Assembly: GCA_964446915.1 (NCBI GenBank)
Contig: CAYUQG010000001.1
Span: 1 to 29,645 of the forward strand
Direction of reading: 5' to 3'
Source: Candidatus Woesearchaeota archaeon
Lineage (GTDB): Archaea > Nanobdellota > Nanobdellia > Pacearchaeales > GW2011-AR1
Length of the DNA stretch: 29,645 nt
This document shows, in pieces, positions 9,501-16,322 of this stretch (position 1 is the stretch's first letter; each line of letters opens with the position of its first letter). The notes below the pieces were generated by a model. That model saw only the letters and a list, made by a program, of their open reading frames with translations, was not told the origin of the DNA and did not search any database. The translations under genes were made by a program, and so were the position numbers.

Positions 9501-10000
9501 TGATTAATTAAAATTAACACCATACATGAGGCAGTTGTCCCTGCACTACGGATAGGACCTGAAAAATATGCAACAAAATAATCTTTTCCATCTTTTGTTT
9601 TAGCAAGTTTAAGTTTTGTAAATCCTTCGATGGGAGAAGATACAACCCCTAGAGTAATATATGCAAAACCAATTCTTATCCCAGCTTCAATAGATTCAAG
9701 TATATTTGAAAATTTGCAATACTTTTGTTTTGCAATTTCTTCTGCAATTTTGAATGCAACAGCATTATCTAATTTGCCATGCTCTTTTTCTAATTCTAAA
9801 ATTCTTTTTGAAATTAAGGGGTTATCTATTTGAGGGTAAACAGTTGCAATTAACTTTACAACTTTTTCAGCCATTGTTTTTGCTAAAGGAACTTCAACTT
9901 TAGAAACAGGATCTAAACCTTTTGCTCTTGCAACTTCTGCCATTGCATAAACTTTTTTAACATCTGCATCTAATTTTTTAAAATATTGTTCTGTTTTCAT
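6548..10000 (-). CDS. polC: DNA polymerase II (PolD) large subunit DP2
   Basis: 1150 aa with a typical DP2 N-terminus (YFKKLDADVKKVYAMAEVARAKGLDP). Zinc modules CEKCQKETIYLVCENCQEK and CVGCNEIMRRLPLSGVCPRCSGK are present. ATGA overlap with DP1. The length fits an intein-free DP2. Confidence 0.95.
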   Translation of the reverse strand: MKTEQYFKKLDADVKKVYAMAEVARAKGLDPVSKVEVPLAKTMAEKVVKLIATVYPQIDNPLISKRILELEKEHGKLDNAVAFKIAEEIAKQKYCKFSNILESIEAGIRIGFAYITLGVVSSPIEGFTKLKLAKTKDGKDYFVAYFSGPIRSAGTTASCMVLILINHLRELFGYAKYDPTEKEIKRVAIELEDFHSRITNLQYMPTEEEALFLAKNMPIQVSGEPSEKLEVSNYKNLERVETNYLRSGFCLIMAEGLAQKAKKGLRLLDKLKSKGIISKDFDFLKDYVKLHEKRDIGKVDASPTYINDLVAGRPVFGHPSKSGGFRFRYGRGRVSGFSAVSLHPATMGITDNFIAIGTQLKIEKPTKGCVTTVCDSIDGPIVKLVNGSVKKLQTLEEARKLYPDVEEIVYLGDILFPFSDLANRNSNLIKPGYVEEWWNLELEQKGGEVKDCFNVDFEKAVELSEQYKIPFYPKYIFYWTQISIEQFSNLIKWLKNSRFEEKIILPYNKESREKFEQGKRALELLGVEHEVTIENVILNPENSLAFLFNFGIFVKEGFSLKDKFLEIENKINFEKNVLENINSFSKIKIKDKAGEFIGARMGRPEKAKLRKLVGSPNVLFPVGNEGGRLRSVQAACGVGYVRSSFPIYFCEKCQKETIYLVCENCQEKTKQMFYFPETKQKTFSRFQQGSEQQGSACYTRDIDMKHYFEKAIEKLGVLREKIPALIKGVRGTVSSEHKMEHLCKGILRASFNLQVNKDGTIRFDATELPIVSFKPKEISVNVEKLKEMGYDKDIFGKELVNENQILDLMPHDILLPSADETLDEKADDVFFRVCNYVDELLVKFYGLKPFYNIKKREDLVGQLGVCMAPHNCAGVICRFIGFSNSLGLYASPYMHAAVRRDCDGDEAAIMLLGDVLLNFSKEFLPSHRGGTQDAPLVLNSKINAGEVDDQILDFEISNGYPLELYELAEQRKHSSEVKIKDVACALRLGEDPFVGLGFTHDTTNFNSGVICSSYKSLGTMPEKVKHQMELVERLRSADTSDTARLIIDKHFLKDMKGNLRKFSTQTFRCVGCNEIMRRLPLSGVCPRCSGKVIFTVTEGGVKKYLEAALSLAKKYNLSNYMQQNLELTKRYIESVFGKEVEKQKTMQDYF

Positions 10001-11571
10001 TTTTCTTCAAAATCCAAAATTTTAATTTTTCTTGTCTTTAAATTAAATAAAGGAACTTTACAAAAATCAGGTTTGTTTCCTCTTTTAATTTGATAAGAAG
10101 TAAGGTCTTCCCAACAAGAAGATACAACTAATAAAATATTATTATAATAAGAGATAGCAGATTTATGCAAATGACCTGAAAAAAAAATATCGGGAATTTT
10201 TCTAATTAATAGGGGATCTTTTTCAAGGGGGAAATGTTGGGTTCTTGTGCTATGGGTAGGAGAAAGATGTCTATTTTTTAACAAATATGCCATAATTTTA
10301 TCTTGGAAATTTATTGCTTTTGCTTGAACTAAAGAAGGCACATTATCTGCATAATACGGAAAACTAAAACCATGATATGTTAAAACATTAAAACCAGAAA
10401 AACCATATTTTTTTCCAATATTTATTCTACTTGGATTTTCTGTTATAATTACATTATCTAAATTATACAATGGCCATGCAAATTTTTTTTCAAAAATAGG
10501 TTGGGGTTCCATCAACCTAACACCATCATGATTTCCCGGAGAAATTATTATTATAATATCCTTTCTTATCCTACTCAAAAGTTCTGCAATTTGAATATAC
10601 TGCTCTTCGACATCTTTTATTTTCAAATCTCTTTCTTGGTTTGGATAATTTCCAACACCAGTAATCAAATCTCCAACAATAAATAAATACTTTATTTTTT
10701 TTGCTTCTTCTGGATTTTGGAGTTTTCCATTTAAATAATCTATAAATTTCAAAAAACTTTTTTCAAAAAATAATTTGCTCCCAAAATGTAAGTCTCCTAA
10801 AAATGCAATAGATTCCTCAATAGGAGAAGTTTTTCTTTCAAATAAAATAGCTTCTGGAAAAACTACCTCATTTGCAAAAAGAACCTTATTGTTTCCAGAA
10901 CATTTAAACCCAATTACAGAATCTAAACAAATATCTCTCGCTTTTTCATAAACTTCTTTTTTATTTTGATTTACAATTACTTTTATTGTTCCTGTAAAAT
11001 CTTCTATTTCAAAAATTAAATTTAAATTTTTTGTGACTCTTTTATCTAAAATCATTCCAATAACAGAAATAGAAGAAGCGTTTCCAGAAAGTTTATTAAT
11101 TGAAATTAAATTTTTTAATTCAGAATGCTCTTGCAAAATGCTCTTTAATTCATTATAACGATTTCTAAAATATTTATTAAAATCTGAAATTTCTATTTTT
11201 TTATTTAAAAAAGGTTTTGAGTTTTGCACTTCAACATTTTTAACTATTATGGGCTGTGAGGAGGCAGTTTTTTCATGAAAAGGTTTTGAAATTTCTTTTG
11301 AAATTTCTATGCTTAAACCTAACTTTATTTTTAACTTTTCAAAATTTTTTTGATTTTCTTTTGGAAAATTTGAAAAAAACCCACAAACCTTTTCTTTATT
11401 CTTTAAAAAAATTTCTTTTGTAATTATTTTCTGTTGTGTATGATTTTTTAATTTTTCTATAATCAGTTTTGTGGATTCTTCGTCAGTTGTTTCACTAAAA
11501 AGATCTAAAACTTCTTTATCAACCAAAAGCCCTTTTTCTATAAAAAATTTCAGAACTTCTTTTGGTTCCAT
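9997..11571 (-). CDS. polB: DNA polymerase II (PolD) small subunit DP1 (Mre11-like phosphoesterase/exonuclease)
   Basis: Calcineurin-like phosphoesterase motifs LGDLHFG, VGDLITG, PGNHDG and GHLH. It lies immediately upstream of DP2 and overlaps it by 4 nt. Confidence 0.9.
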   Translation of the reverse strand: MEPKEVLKFFIEKGLLVDKEVLDLFSETTDEESTKLIIEKLKNHTQQKIITKEIFLKNKEKVCGFFSNFPKENQKNFEKLKIKLGLSIEISKEISKPFHEKTASSQPIIVKNVEVQNSKPFLNKKIEISDFNKYFRNRYNELKSILQEHSELKNLISINKLSGNASSISVIGMILDKRVTKNLNLIFEIEDFTGTIKVIVNQNKKEVYEKARDICLDSVIGFKCSGNNKVLFANEVVFPEAILFERKTSPIEESIAFLGDLHFGSKLFFEKSFLKFIDYLNGKLQNPEEAKKIKYLFIVGDLITGVGNYPNQERDLKIKDVEEQYIQIAELLSRIRKDIIIIISPGNHDGVRLMEPQPIFEKKFAWPLYNLDNVIITENPSRINIGKKYGFSGFNVLTYHGFSFPYYADNVPSLVQAKAINFQDKIMAYLLKNRHLSPTHSTRTQHFPLEKDPLLIRKIPDIFFSGHLHKSAISYYNNILLVVSSCWEDLTSYQIKRGNKPDFCKVPLFNLKTRKIKILDFEEK

Positions 11572-11828
11572 TATTTCAAAATAAAATCTTTTAATTTATT
11601 TAATTGAAATTTTGTTGGCAATTCTTTTTTGAGTAAAGTGGTCTGCTCAAGTAAATTAATTTGTTTTAAACGGAATGGCTTTTTTACATGCTTTTTTGGA
11701 ATAACTAAACAATGCCCAGAAACAAGTGCAGGATTACTTAAAATAATAAAACTATCCTTGGTTTCACTTAAAATTTCTCTTTCATCTTTTAAAATATTAC
11801 AAAAAGGACAATTTTCAGTATATTTCAT
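11571..11828 (-). CDS. HIT-family-like protein lacking the histidine triad (truncated or degenerate)
   Basis: CPFCNILKDE....ALVSGHCLVIPKKHV matches the N-terminal half of HIT hydrolases, but the 85-aa ORF ends without an HxHxHxx motif. Its TAA shares one nucleotide with the DP1 ATG (TAATG). Confidence 0.55.
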   Translation of the reverse strand: MKYTENCPFCNILKDEREILSETKDSFIILSNPALVSGHCLVIPKKHVKKPFRLKQINLLEQTTLLKKELPTKFQLNKLKDFILK

Positions 11829-11835
11829 TTTAAAA

Positions 11836-13050
11836 TTATATTTGATAGTCTAATGAATTTTCAATAATTTCTTTTGCTTTTTTAGCAATATTATTTGTAA
11901 TTGCCAGTTTTATTTCACGCATTCTGCCTCCACGACCTTTTGAAATAACCCTTACATTTATAATTCCAAGCATATCAAATTCTTGAACAATATCACTAAC
12001 TCTTCTTTGGGTTAAAACTTCTGATTTATTTTTTAAACAAAGATCTTGATAAAAATTGTAAATATCTCCTGTAAAAATAGGTTCATTGCTCTGGTTTTCA
12101 GTTAATTTAATTATAGAATAAAGAACAAATTGAAATTGTTTTGGTTCTGATTTAATAACATCTAAAATTTTGTCCCTTTCAATTTTATTATTTGCTTGAT
12201 CGATGTGTTCTAATTTAATTTTTAAAGAACCATCTCTTTCTGCTAATTCGCCAGCAATTCTTAATAAGTCCAAGGCACGTCTTGCATCCCCATGCTCACG
12301 AGCAGCAAAAGCAGCACATTTGGCAATGACTCCTTCCACAAGAATATTTTCTTTAAAAGCTAATTCAGCTCTTTTGTTTAAAATTTCCCTTAATTGTAAA
12401 GCATTATAGGGTGCAAAAATGATTTCTTCTTCTGATAAAGAGCTTCTAACTCTGGGGTCTAAACCATCTAAAAAAGTTAAATCATTACTAACCCCCACAA
12501 GGCAAATTTGTGACTGTGTCAATTCAGAATTTAACCGAGTAAGATTATAAAGAAAATCGTCTGAAATTTTTTTAACTGTTTGATCTATCTCGTCTAAAAT
12601 TAAAACAAGAAGTTGTTTTTCAGAATCAATAATTTCTATAAATTTATTATAAACTGATTGTGTTGGCAGCCCTGTTTGTGGAATTGTTCCGCCAAATTTT
12701 TTAATTAATTCAGCTAAAATTCTGTATTCTGTGTCTGAAACTTTTTTTAATTTACAATTAAGATAAGCAATATTTAATTTAAATCCAGATTCTTTTTTTA
12801 CTCTTTTCAAAAGTTTATCACTAACAAATTTGATAGAGAGGGTTTTTCCTGTTCCTGTTTTGCCATATAAAAATAAATTGCTTGCTCTTTCCCCTCTAAG
12901 AACTGGTGCAAGAATTGATGCAATTTGTTTAATTTGTTCTTCCCTATGCAAAATATCTTCCGGCTGATAATTTGTTTGTAAAAGAGATTTATCTCTAAAA
13001 ATGCTCTTTTTATCAAAAGAATCAAAAATATTATCAAGTTCAACAACCAT
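11836..13050 (-). CDS. cdc6: Orc1/Cdc6 replication initiator
   Basis: Walker A GKTGTGKT, Walker B LVLILDEID, sensor region GDARRALDLLRIAGE and a C-terminal winged helix. The track start at 13101 is a GTG. The ATG at 13050 (MVVELDNIFDSF) has an AT-rich TATA-like element about 29 nt upstream. Confidence 0.92.
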   Translation of the reverse strand: MVVELDNIFDSFDKKSIFRDKSLLQTNYQPEDILHREEQIKQIASILAPVLRGERASNLFLYGKTGTGKTLSIKFVSDKLLKRVKKESGFKLNIAYLNCKLKKVSDTEYRILAELIKKFGGTIPQTGLPTQSVYNKFIEIIDSEKQLLVLILDEIDQTVKKISDDFLYNLTRLNSELTQSQICLVGVSNDLTFLDGLDPRVRSSLSEEEIIFAPYNALQLREILNKRAELAFKENILVEGVIAKCAAFAAREHGDARRALDLLRIAGELAERDGSLKIKLEHIDQANNKIERDKILDVIKSEPKQFQFVLYSIIKLTENQSNEPIFTGDIYNFYQDLCLKNKSEVLTQRRVSDIVQEFDMLGIINVRVISKGRGGRMREIKLAITNNIAKKAKEIIENSLDYQI

Positions 13051-13114
13051 TTTTACTTTGTTCCATTTTATTAATATTAAATTAAAACAATAACCACACA
13101 CAGCTTAGTTTCGT

Positions 13115-13125
13115 GTGGAAATGAA
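13115..13125 (+). promoter_or_regulatory. mini-ORB-like half site GTGGAAATGAA
   Basis: Shares the 9-mer GGAAATGAA with the ORB-like box at 15071-15091. It follows a CCACAC..GTGTGG hairpin at 13094-13118. Confidence 0.3.
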
Positions 13126-13207
13126 CATAAAATGCTCTTGTTTCAACAATAAAAATTTATTTTATTATATAAATGATTAGAACCACTAAAAAAGAAGAAC
13201 ACCTAAA

Positions 13208-13220
13208 TTTCCTATGGAAA
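13208..13220 (-). promoter_or_regulatory. ORB-like dyad (left, inverted): TTTCCTATGGAAA
   Basis: Exact reverse complement of the 13-mer at 13464-13476. Confidence 0.55.
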
Positions 13221-13365
13221 AAAATTTATACAAGAAATTATATCTAAAAGAAGTATATGATTTATTATATACTTTGTAAAATATATATTTAAATAACTAT
13301 ATTAAAAAGGTGCATCAATATAATTTTTTATTAAAGCTATTTTTATGTTTATTAAAATACAATAA

Positions 13366-13399
<34 letters not shown>

Positions 13400-13463
13400 T
13401 ATAATATATAAATAAATATAAATGTAAATAAAATAAAAAATTATAAAATTTTCTTTAAAAACA

Positions 13464-13490
13464 TTTCCATAGGAAATCAAAGGGAGGGAG
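13464..13490 (+). promoter_or_regulatory. ORB-like box (right): TTTCCATAGGAAA + G-string AGGGAGGGAG
   Basis: A dyad followed 4 nt later by a G-rich string, the layout of archaeal origin recognition boxes. Confidence 0.55.
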
Positions 13491-13692
13491 TATTAATTTA
13501 ATTTTAACGCTTTTTTCAAAAATAAAGAATATAAGCAGACTAATTCTTTTTATTTGTCAGTCATTTAATACACCAAATCCCTATTATAAAAATTCACACC
13601 TTTTTTTATATTTTTTATAAGTAAACTTCTCAAAAAATTTAAAAAATAAACAAACCTATATTCTTTTACATCTATATAATTTCACAGAAAAG

Positions 13693-13700
13693 TTTATAAA
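13693..13700 (+). promoter_or_regulatory. TATA box (TTTATAAA) for the 13722 gene
   Basis: Starts 29 nt upstream of the ATG. The same TTTATAAA at the same spacing recurs at 17124-17131 before the 17153 gene. Confidence 0.5.
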
Positions 13701-13721
13701 ATTAAAAGAGCTGTCTAAACC

Positions 13722-13982
13722 ATGCAAGGAAACAAAACCCCATTTAATTCACTTTCAGGGAAGATGATTGTAACAAAAGAAGGAAAACGATTAGGTTTTG
13801 TAAAAGATATTACTTTTGAAACAAAATCAGGAGAATTAATCAATTTGGTGGTAAAAGATTCAACACCTTACACAAGAAACTTAAATTTAGAAAGAACACC
13901 CTCAAAAGAATTATTAATCCCTTTCAATGCAATCATTGCTGTAGGTGATTTTGTGATTGTTTCTGAAGAAGATTTAATTTAA
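13722..13982 (+). CDS. PRC-barrel domain protein
   Basis: GKMIVTKEGKRLGFVKDITFETKSGELINLVV....LLIPFNAIIAVGDFVIVSEEDL is the usual single-domain archaeal PRC-barrel pattern. Confidence 0.7.
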   Translation: MQGNKTPFNSLSGKMIVTKEGKRLGFVKDITFETKSGELINLVVKDSTPYTRNLNLERTPSKELLIPFNAIIAVGDFVIVSEEDLI

Positions 13983-14030
13983 TTAACCAAATATTTAAAA
14001 ACCCAAAATAATCTAATATTATATAATAAA

Positions 14031-14474
14031 ATGAAAATAATGGGTTTTAATTTTACTAAAATTAACATCGAAAAATTCTTGGATAAAGTAGAAAATTTAA
14101 AAGTAACTACAAATATAAATATAGAAGATCTTAAAGAAATCAAAGTAGCCCCATTCAAAATTAAAGAAGATATTATTGTTGTTAAATTTGCTTATTCTAT
14201 TTATTATGAACCAAAATTTGCTAAAATAGAAATGGAAGGCAATGTTGTTTTGGGTATTGAACCAAAACTTACAAGGGAAGTTCTTAAACAATGGAAAGAT
14301 AAAAAAACACCAGAAGAATTTAGAATCGTTTTATTTAATGCTATTTTAAGAAAAACAAATCTTAAAGCAATTCAACTTGAAGATGAAATGAACTTACCTC
14401 TTCATATGCCAATGCCTTCTTTAAAACCACAAGAAAAACAAGAATCAATAAAAACCCCACCAAATAACCTATAA
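14031..14474 (+). CDS. hypothetical protein (147 aa)
   Basis: Clean ORF with an ATG start and no motif I recognise. An alternative start MGFNF lies at 14040. Confidence 0.5.
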   Translation: MKIMGFNFTKINIEKFLDKVENLKVTTNINIEDLKEIKVAPFKIKEDIIVVKFAYSIYYEPKFAKIEMEGNVVLGIEPKLTREVLKQWKDKKTPEEFRIVLFNAILRKTNLKAIQLEDEMNLPLHMPMPSLKPQEKQESIKTPPNNL

Positions 14475-14497
14475 CCTTAAAAAAACATATTTCTTCT

Positions 14498-14764
14498 ATG
14501 AAAATATCTGAAAAAAAGAAAAATAAAATATTTGAACAAATTTTAACATTTCTTTATTCAATTTCACCAAAACCTATTTTTACTGCACATTTGGCAATGG
14601 AAATTGCGAGAGATGAAGAGTACACAAAAAAATTACTTTTAGAATTAAAATCAAAAAAATTAGTTCTTCAAATAACAAAAAACACAAAAGGCAAACAATA
14701 CATTCAAAGATCACGTTGGGGGTTGAGTGATGAAGTATTCAAAATTTTAAATAGCAGAAAATAA
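14498..14764 (+). CDS. small winged-helix DNA-binding protein (hypothetical regulator)
   Basis: 88 aa. ILTFLYSISPKPIFTAHLAMEIARDEEYTKKLLLELKSKKLVLQ...KGKQYIQRSRWGLS looks like helix-turn-helix plus a beta-wing. Confidence 0.55.
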   Translation: MKISEKKKNKIFEQILTFLYSISPKPIFTAHLAMEIARDEEYTKKLLLELKSKKLVLQITKNTKGKQYIQRSRWGLSDEVFKILNSRK

Positions 14765-14789
14765 TTTTAACACTCTATCACACTAAAAT

Positions 14790-14797
14790 TTTTATAC
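14790..14797 (+). promoter_or_regulatory. TATA box (TTTTATAC) for the 14818 gene
   Basis: Lies 28 nt upstream of the ATG. An identical octamer at identical spacing occurs at 27616-27623 before the 27644 gene. Confidence 0.45.
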
Positions 14798-14817
14798 TCT
14801 AAAAAGCACTTTTTTAT

Positions 14818-15483
14818 ATGAATTCCATACAAAATGCTTTTCAAAAAGTAAAGATTGAAATAGAGATTCTAAAGAAAGAAATGTTTGATTTAAAAAAAGA
14901 GATTGGAAAAACAAGAGATCAAATGGGAGAAATATGTGAAATTTTGTTAAAAAGGGCACAAAAATCAAGTCCAACACATATGTTTGAAAATAAGACAACT
15001 TCAGCAGATACTTCAGCAAATCTAACAGCCAATCTTCCTTTTAAGTCCTTAAAAGACCAAAATAAGCCTTTTTCCATAGGAAATGAAGGGGTTTCGACAG
15101 ACAGACAGACACTTCGACAGACAGACAGACACAACTTTTTTGCTAAAAATTCAATAGAAACAGCGTCTGAAATTATAAGCTCATTAGATAATATAAAAAA
15201 AGAAATAAGGTTAAAATTTAAACAATTAACAAATCAAGAATTTCTTGTTTTTTCCACAATATACCAATTAGATGAAGAGCTTGGAAGTTCTAATTACAAA
15301 ATACTTTCAAAACAGCTAAATTTAACAGAAAGCTCTATTCGAGATTACATTACTCGTATTATAAAAAAAGGGATTCCTATAGAGAAAACAAGAATAAATA
15401 ATAAAACAATTAATCTTAAAATATCTTATAATTTCAAAAAGATAGCCTCCCTTTCAACAATTCTTCAGCTAAGGGGATTATAA
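14818..15483 (+). CDS. coiled-coil / repeat linker / C-terminal wHTH protein (paralog A)
   Basis: N-terminal heptad-like KVKIEIEILKKEMFDLKKEIGKTRDQM. The linker is encoded by an ORB-like box plus a 2x20-nt repeat. The C-terminus reads LTNQEFLVFSTIYQL...ILSKQLNLTESSIRDYITRIIKKGIPIEK. Confidence 0.6.
   Translation: MNSIQNAFQKVKIEIEILKKEMFDLKKEIGKTRDQMGEICEILLKRAQKSSPTHMFENKTTSADTSANLTANLPFKSLKDQNKPFSIGNEGVSTDRQTLRQTDRHNFFAKNSIETASEIISSLDNIKKEIRLKFKQLTNQEFLVFSTIYQLDEELGSSNYKILSKQLNLTESSIRDYITRIIKKGIPIEKTRINNKTINLKISYNFKKIASLSTILQLRGL
15071..15091 (+). promoter_or_regulatory. third ORB-like box (TTTCCATAGGAAATGAAGGGG) inside a CDS
   Basis: The 13-mer is identical to 13464-13476 and is followed by GAAGGGG. 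It encodes FSIGNEG in the 14818 ORF. Confidence 0.45.
15093..15132. repeat. perfect 2 x 20-nt tandem repeat TTCGACAGACAGACAGACAC, each unit containing (GACA)4
   Basis: Counted directly. The unit length is not a multiple of 3, so the two copies are read in different frames (STDRQT / LRQTDRH). Confidence 0.95.
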
Positions 15484-15544
15484 AAATAAAAACTTATCCT
15501 TCTCACCGAATAATTATTAACCTTAAGTAACTGTTACTTTTTTT

Positions 15545-16189
15545 TCACAAATATACCACACGTTTTTCTTTATTTTTTTGAGTTTCTTTAACTTCTTGTT
15601 TTGGTTTAATCCTCACTTTGGTCTTTCTCAGCATTTTTTCTTTTGCACCTTCAGGGATAAACACCCTTTTTGTGCCATTTACTTCAGCTATTTCTTCAAT
15701 CAAACCCTCACTTTTTTGTTTAATAGAGTTTATTTGACCTCTTATGGTGGATCTCTCTTTTCCGAGAATTGCTGCCAAATCATTGTAACTCAGTTTCATC
15801 TCACTATTTAAAAGAATCCATATTATCGCTCTTTCAGTTATTGAAAAACCATCAAAATTTGGTGTTTGGACAGCTGTTTGGACAGCTGTTTGGACAGCAT
15901 AAACAGCTGTTTGGTGTTTGGACAGCTGTTTGTTTTTTAAGAAAACCCTGTTTGGTTTTAATTCGTTCATAATCGAAACAATATTTTTTAACCCCTCAAG
16001 TTCCTCTTGTACCGACGATAAAACTTCTTTTATATTTGAAAGATCTCTTTCTTGAGAACTTTTTTCAGAATTAAGGTGTTTAATCCATTCCCCAATAGAA
16101 TTTATATCTTTTTTTACAGATTCAAAACTTTTTTTCGTGTCTTCTTCGACACGTTTTATTTCTTTTTTTCCAAAAAAACCGAAGAACAT
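15545..16189 (-). CDS. coiled-coil / repeat linker / C-terminal wHTH protein (paralog B)
   Basis: Coiled-coil N-terminus (ERDLSNIKEVLSSVQEELEGLKNIVSIMNELK). The linker is QTAVYAVQTAVQTAVQT. The C-terminus reads ITERAIIWILLNSEMKLSYNDLAAILGKERSTIRGQINSIKQK. TATA (TATTTAAA, complement of 16211-16218) lies 29 nt upstream of the ATG. Confidence 0.6.
   Translation of the reverse strand: MFFGFFGKKEIKRVEEDTKKSFESVKKDINSIGEWIKHLNSEKSSQERDLSNIKEVLSSVQEELEGLKNIVSIMNELKPNRVFLKNKQLSKHQTAVYAVQTAVQTAVQTPNFDGFSITERAIIWILLNSEMKLSYNDLAAILGKERSTIRGQINSIKQKSEGLIEEIAEVNGTKRVFIPEGAKEKMLRKTKVRIKPKQEVKETQKNKEKRVVYL
15863..15932. repeat. 12-nt repeat TGTTTGGACAGC: 3 tandem copies (15863-15898) plus a fourth (15915-15926)
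   Basis: Counted directly. The repeat is in frame on the minus strand and encodes (AVQT)n. Confidence 0.95.
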
Positions 16190-16322
16190 ATCTTTTTTTA
16201 CAAAACAAAGTTTAAATATGTTTTGTTTCCGTCGCCGAAAATTTTTTTTACCATCAAAAAATTAAAAAAGTTTTTTTCAGAAATTTTGTAAAAAAGAAGA
16301 GTTTTGGCTTCTTTTGTTTAAA

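Noticed and set aside
6654-9833. Track ORFs 6654..6962, 7045..7365, 7888..8109 and 9630..9833, nested in or antisense to PolD DP2
   Set aside because: They are fully contained in the strongly supported 1150-aa DP2 gene. None has motifs or a promoter context.
6548-10000. Possible intein in PolD large subunit
   Set aside because: The 1150-aa length is in the range I recall for intein-free DP2. The sequence reads continuously through conserved blocks, with no Cys/Ser...HN-Cys splice-junction insertion evident.
12203-13101. ORFs 12203..12409 and 12807..13046, and the GTG-initiated 17-codon extension of cdc6 to 13101
   Set aside because: The first two overlap cdc6 in other frames. The extension (MCGYCFNLILIKWNKVK) starts at GTG, would swallow the TATA-like element, and adds non-conserved residues. 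The ATG at 13050 fits the promoter spacing.
14031-14474. SecB-like chaperone assignment for the 147-aa protein
   Set aside because: There is only a vague resemblance in the beta-strand/helix pattern to bacterial SecB as I remember it, with no diagnostic motif. It is left as hypothetical.
15863-15932. The tandem 12-mers as a possible CRISPR array
   Set aside because: The units are only 12 nt and directly abutting with no spacers. They are in frame within a CDS, and there are no cas genes in the window.
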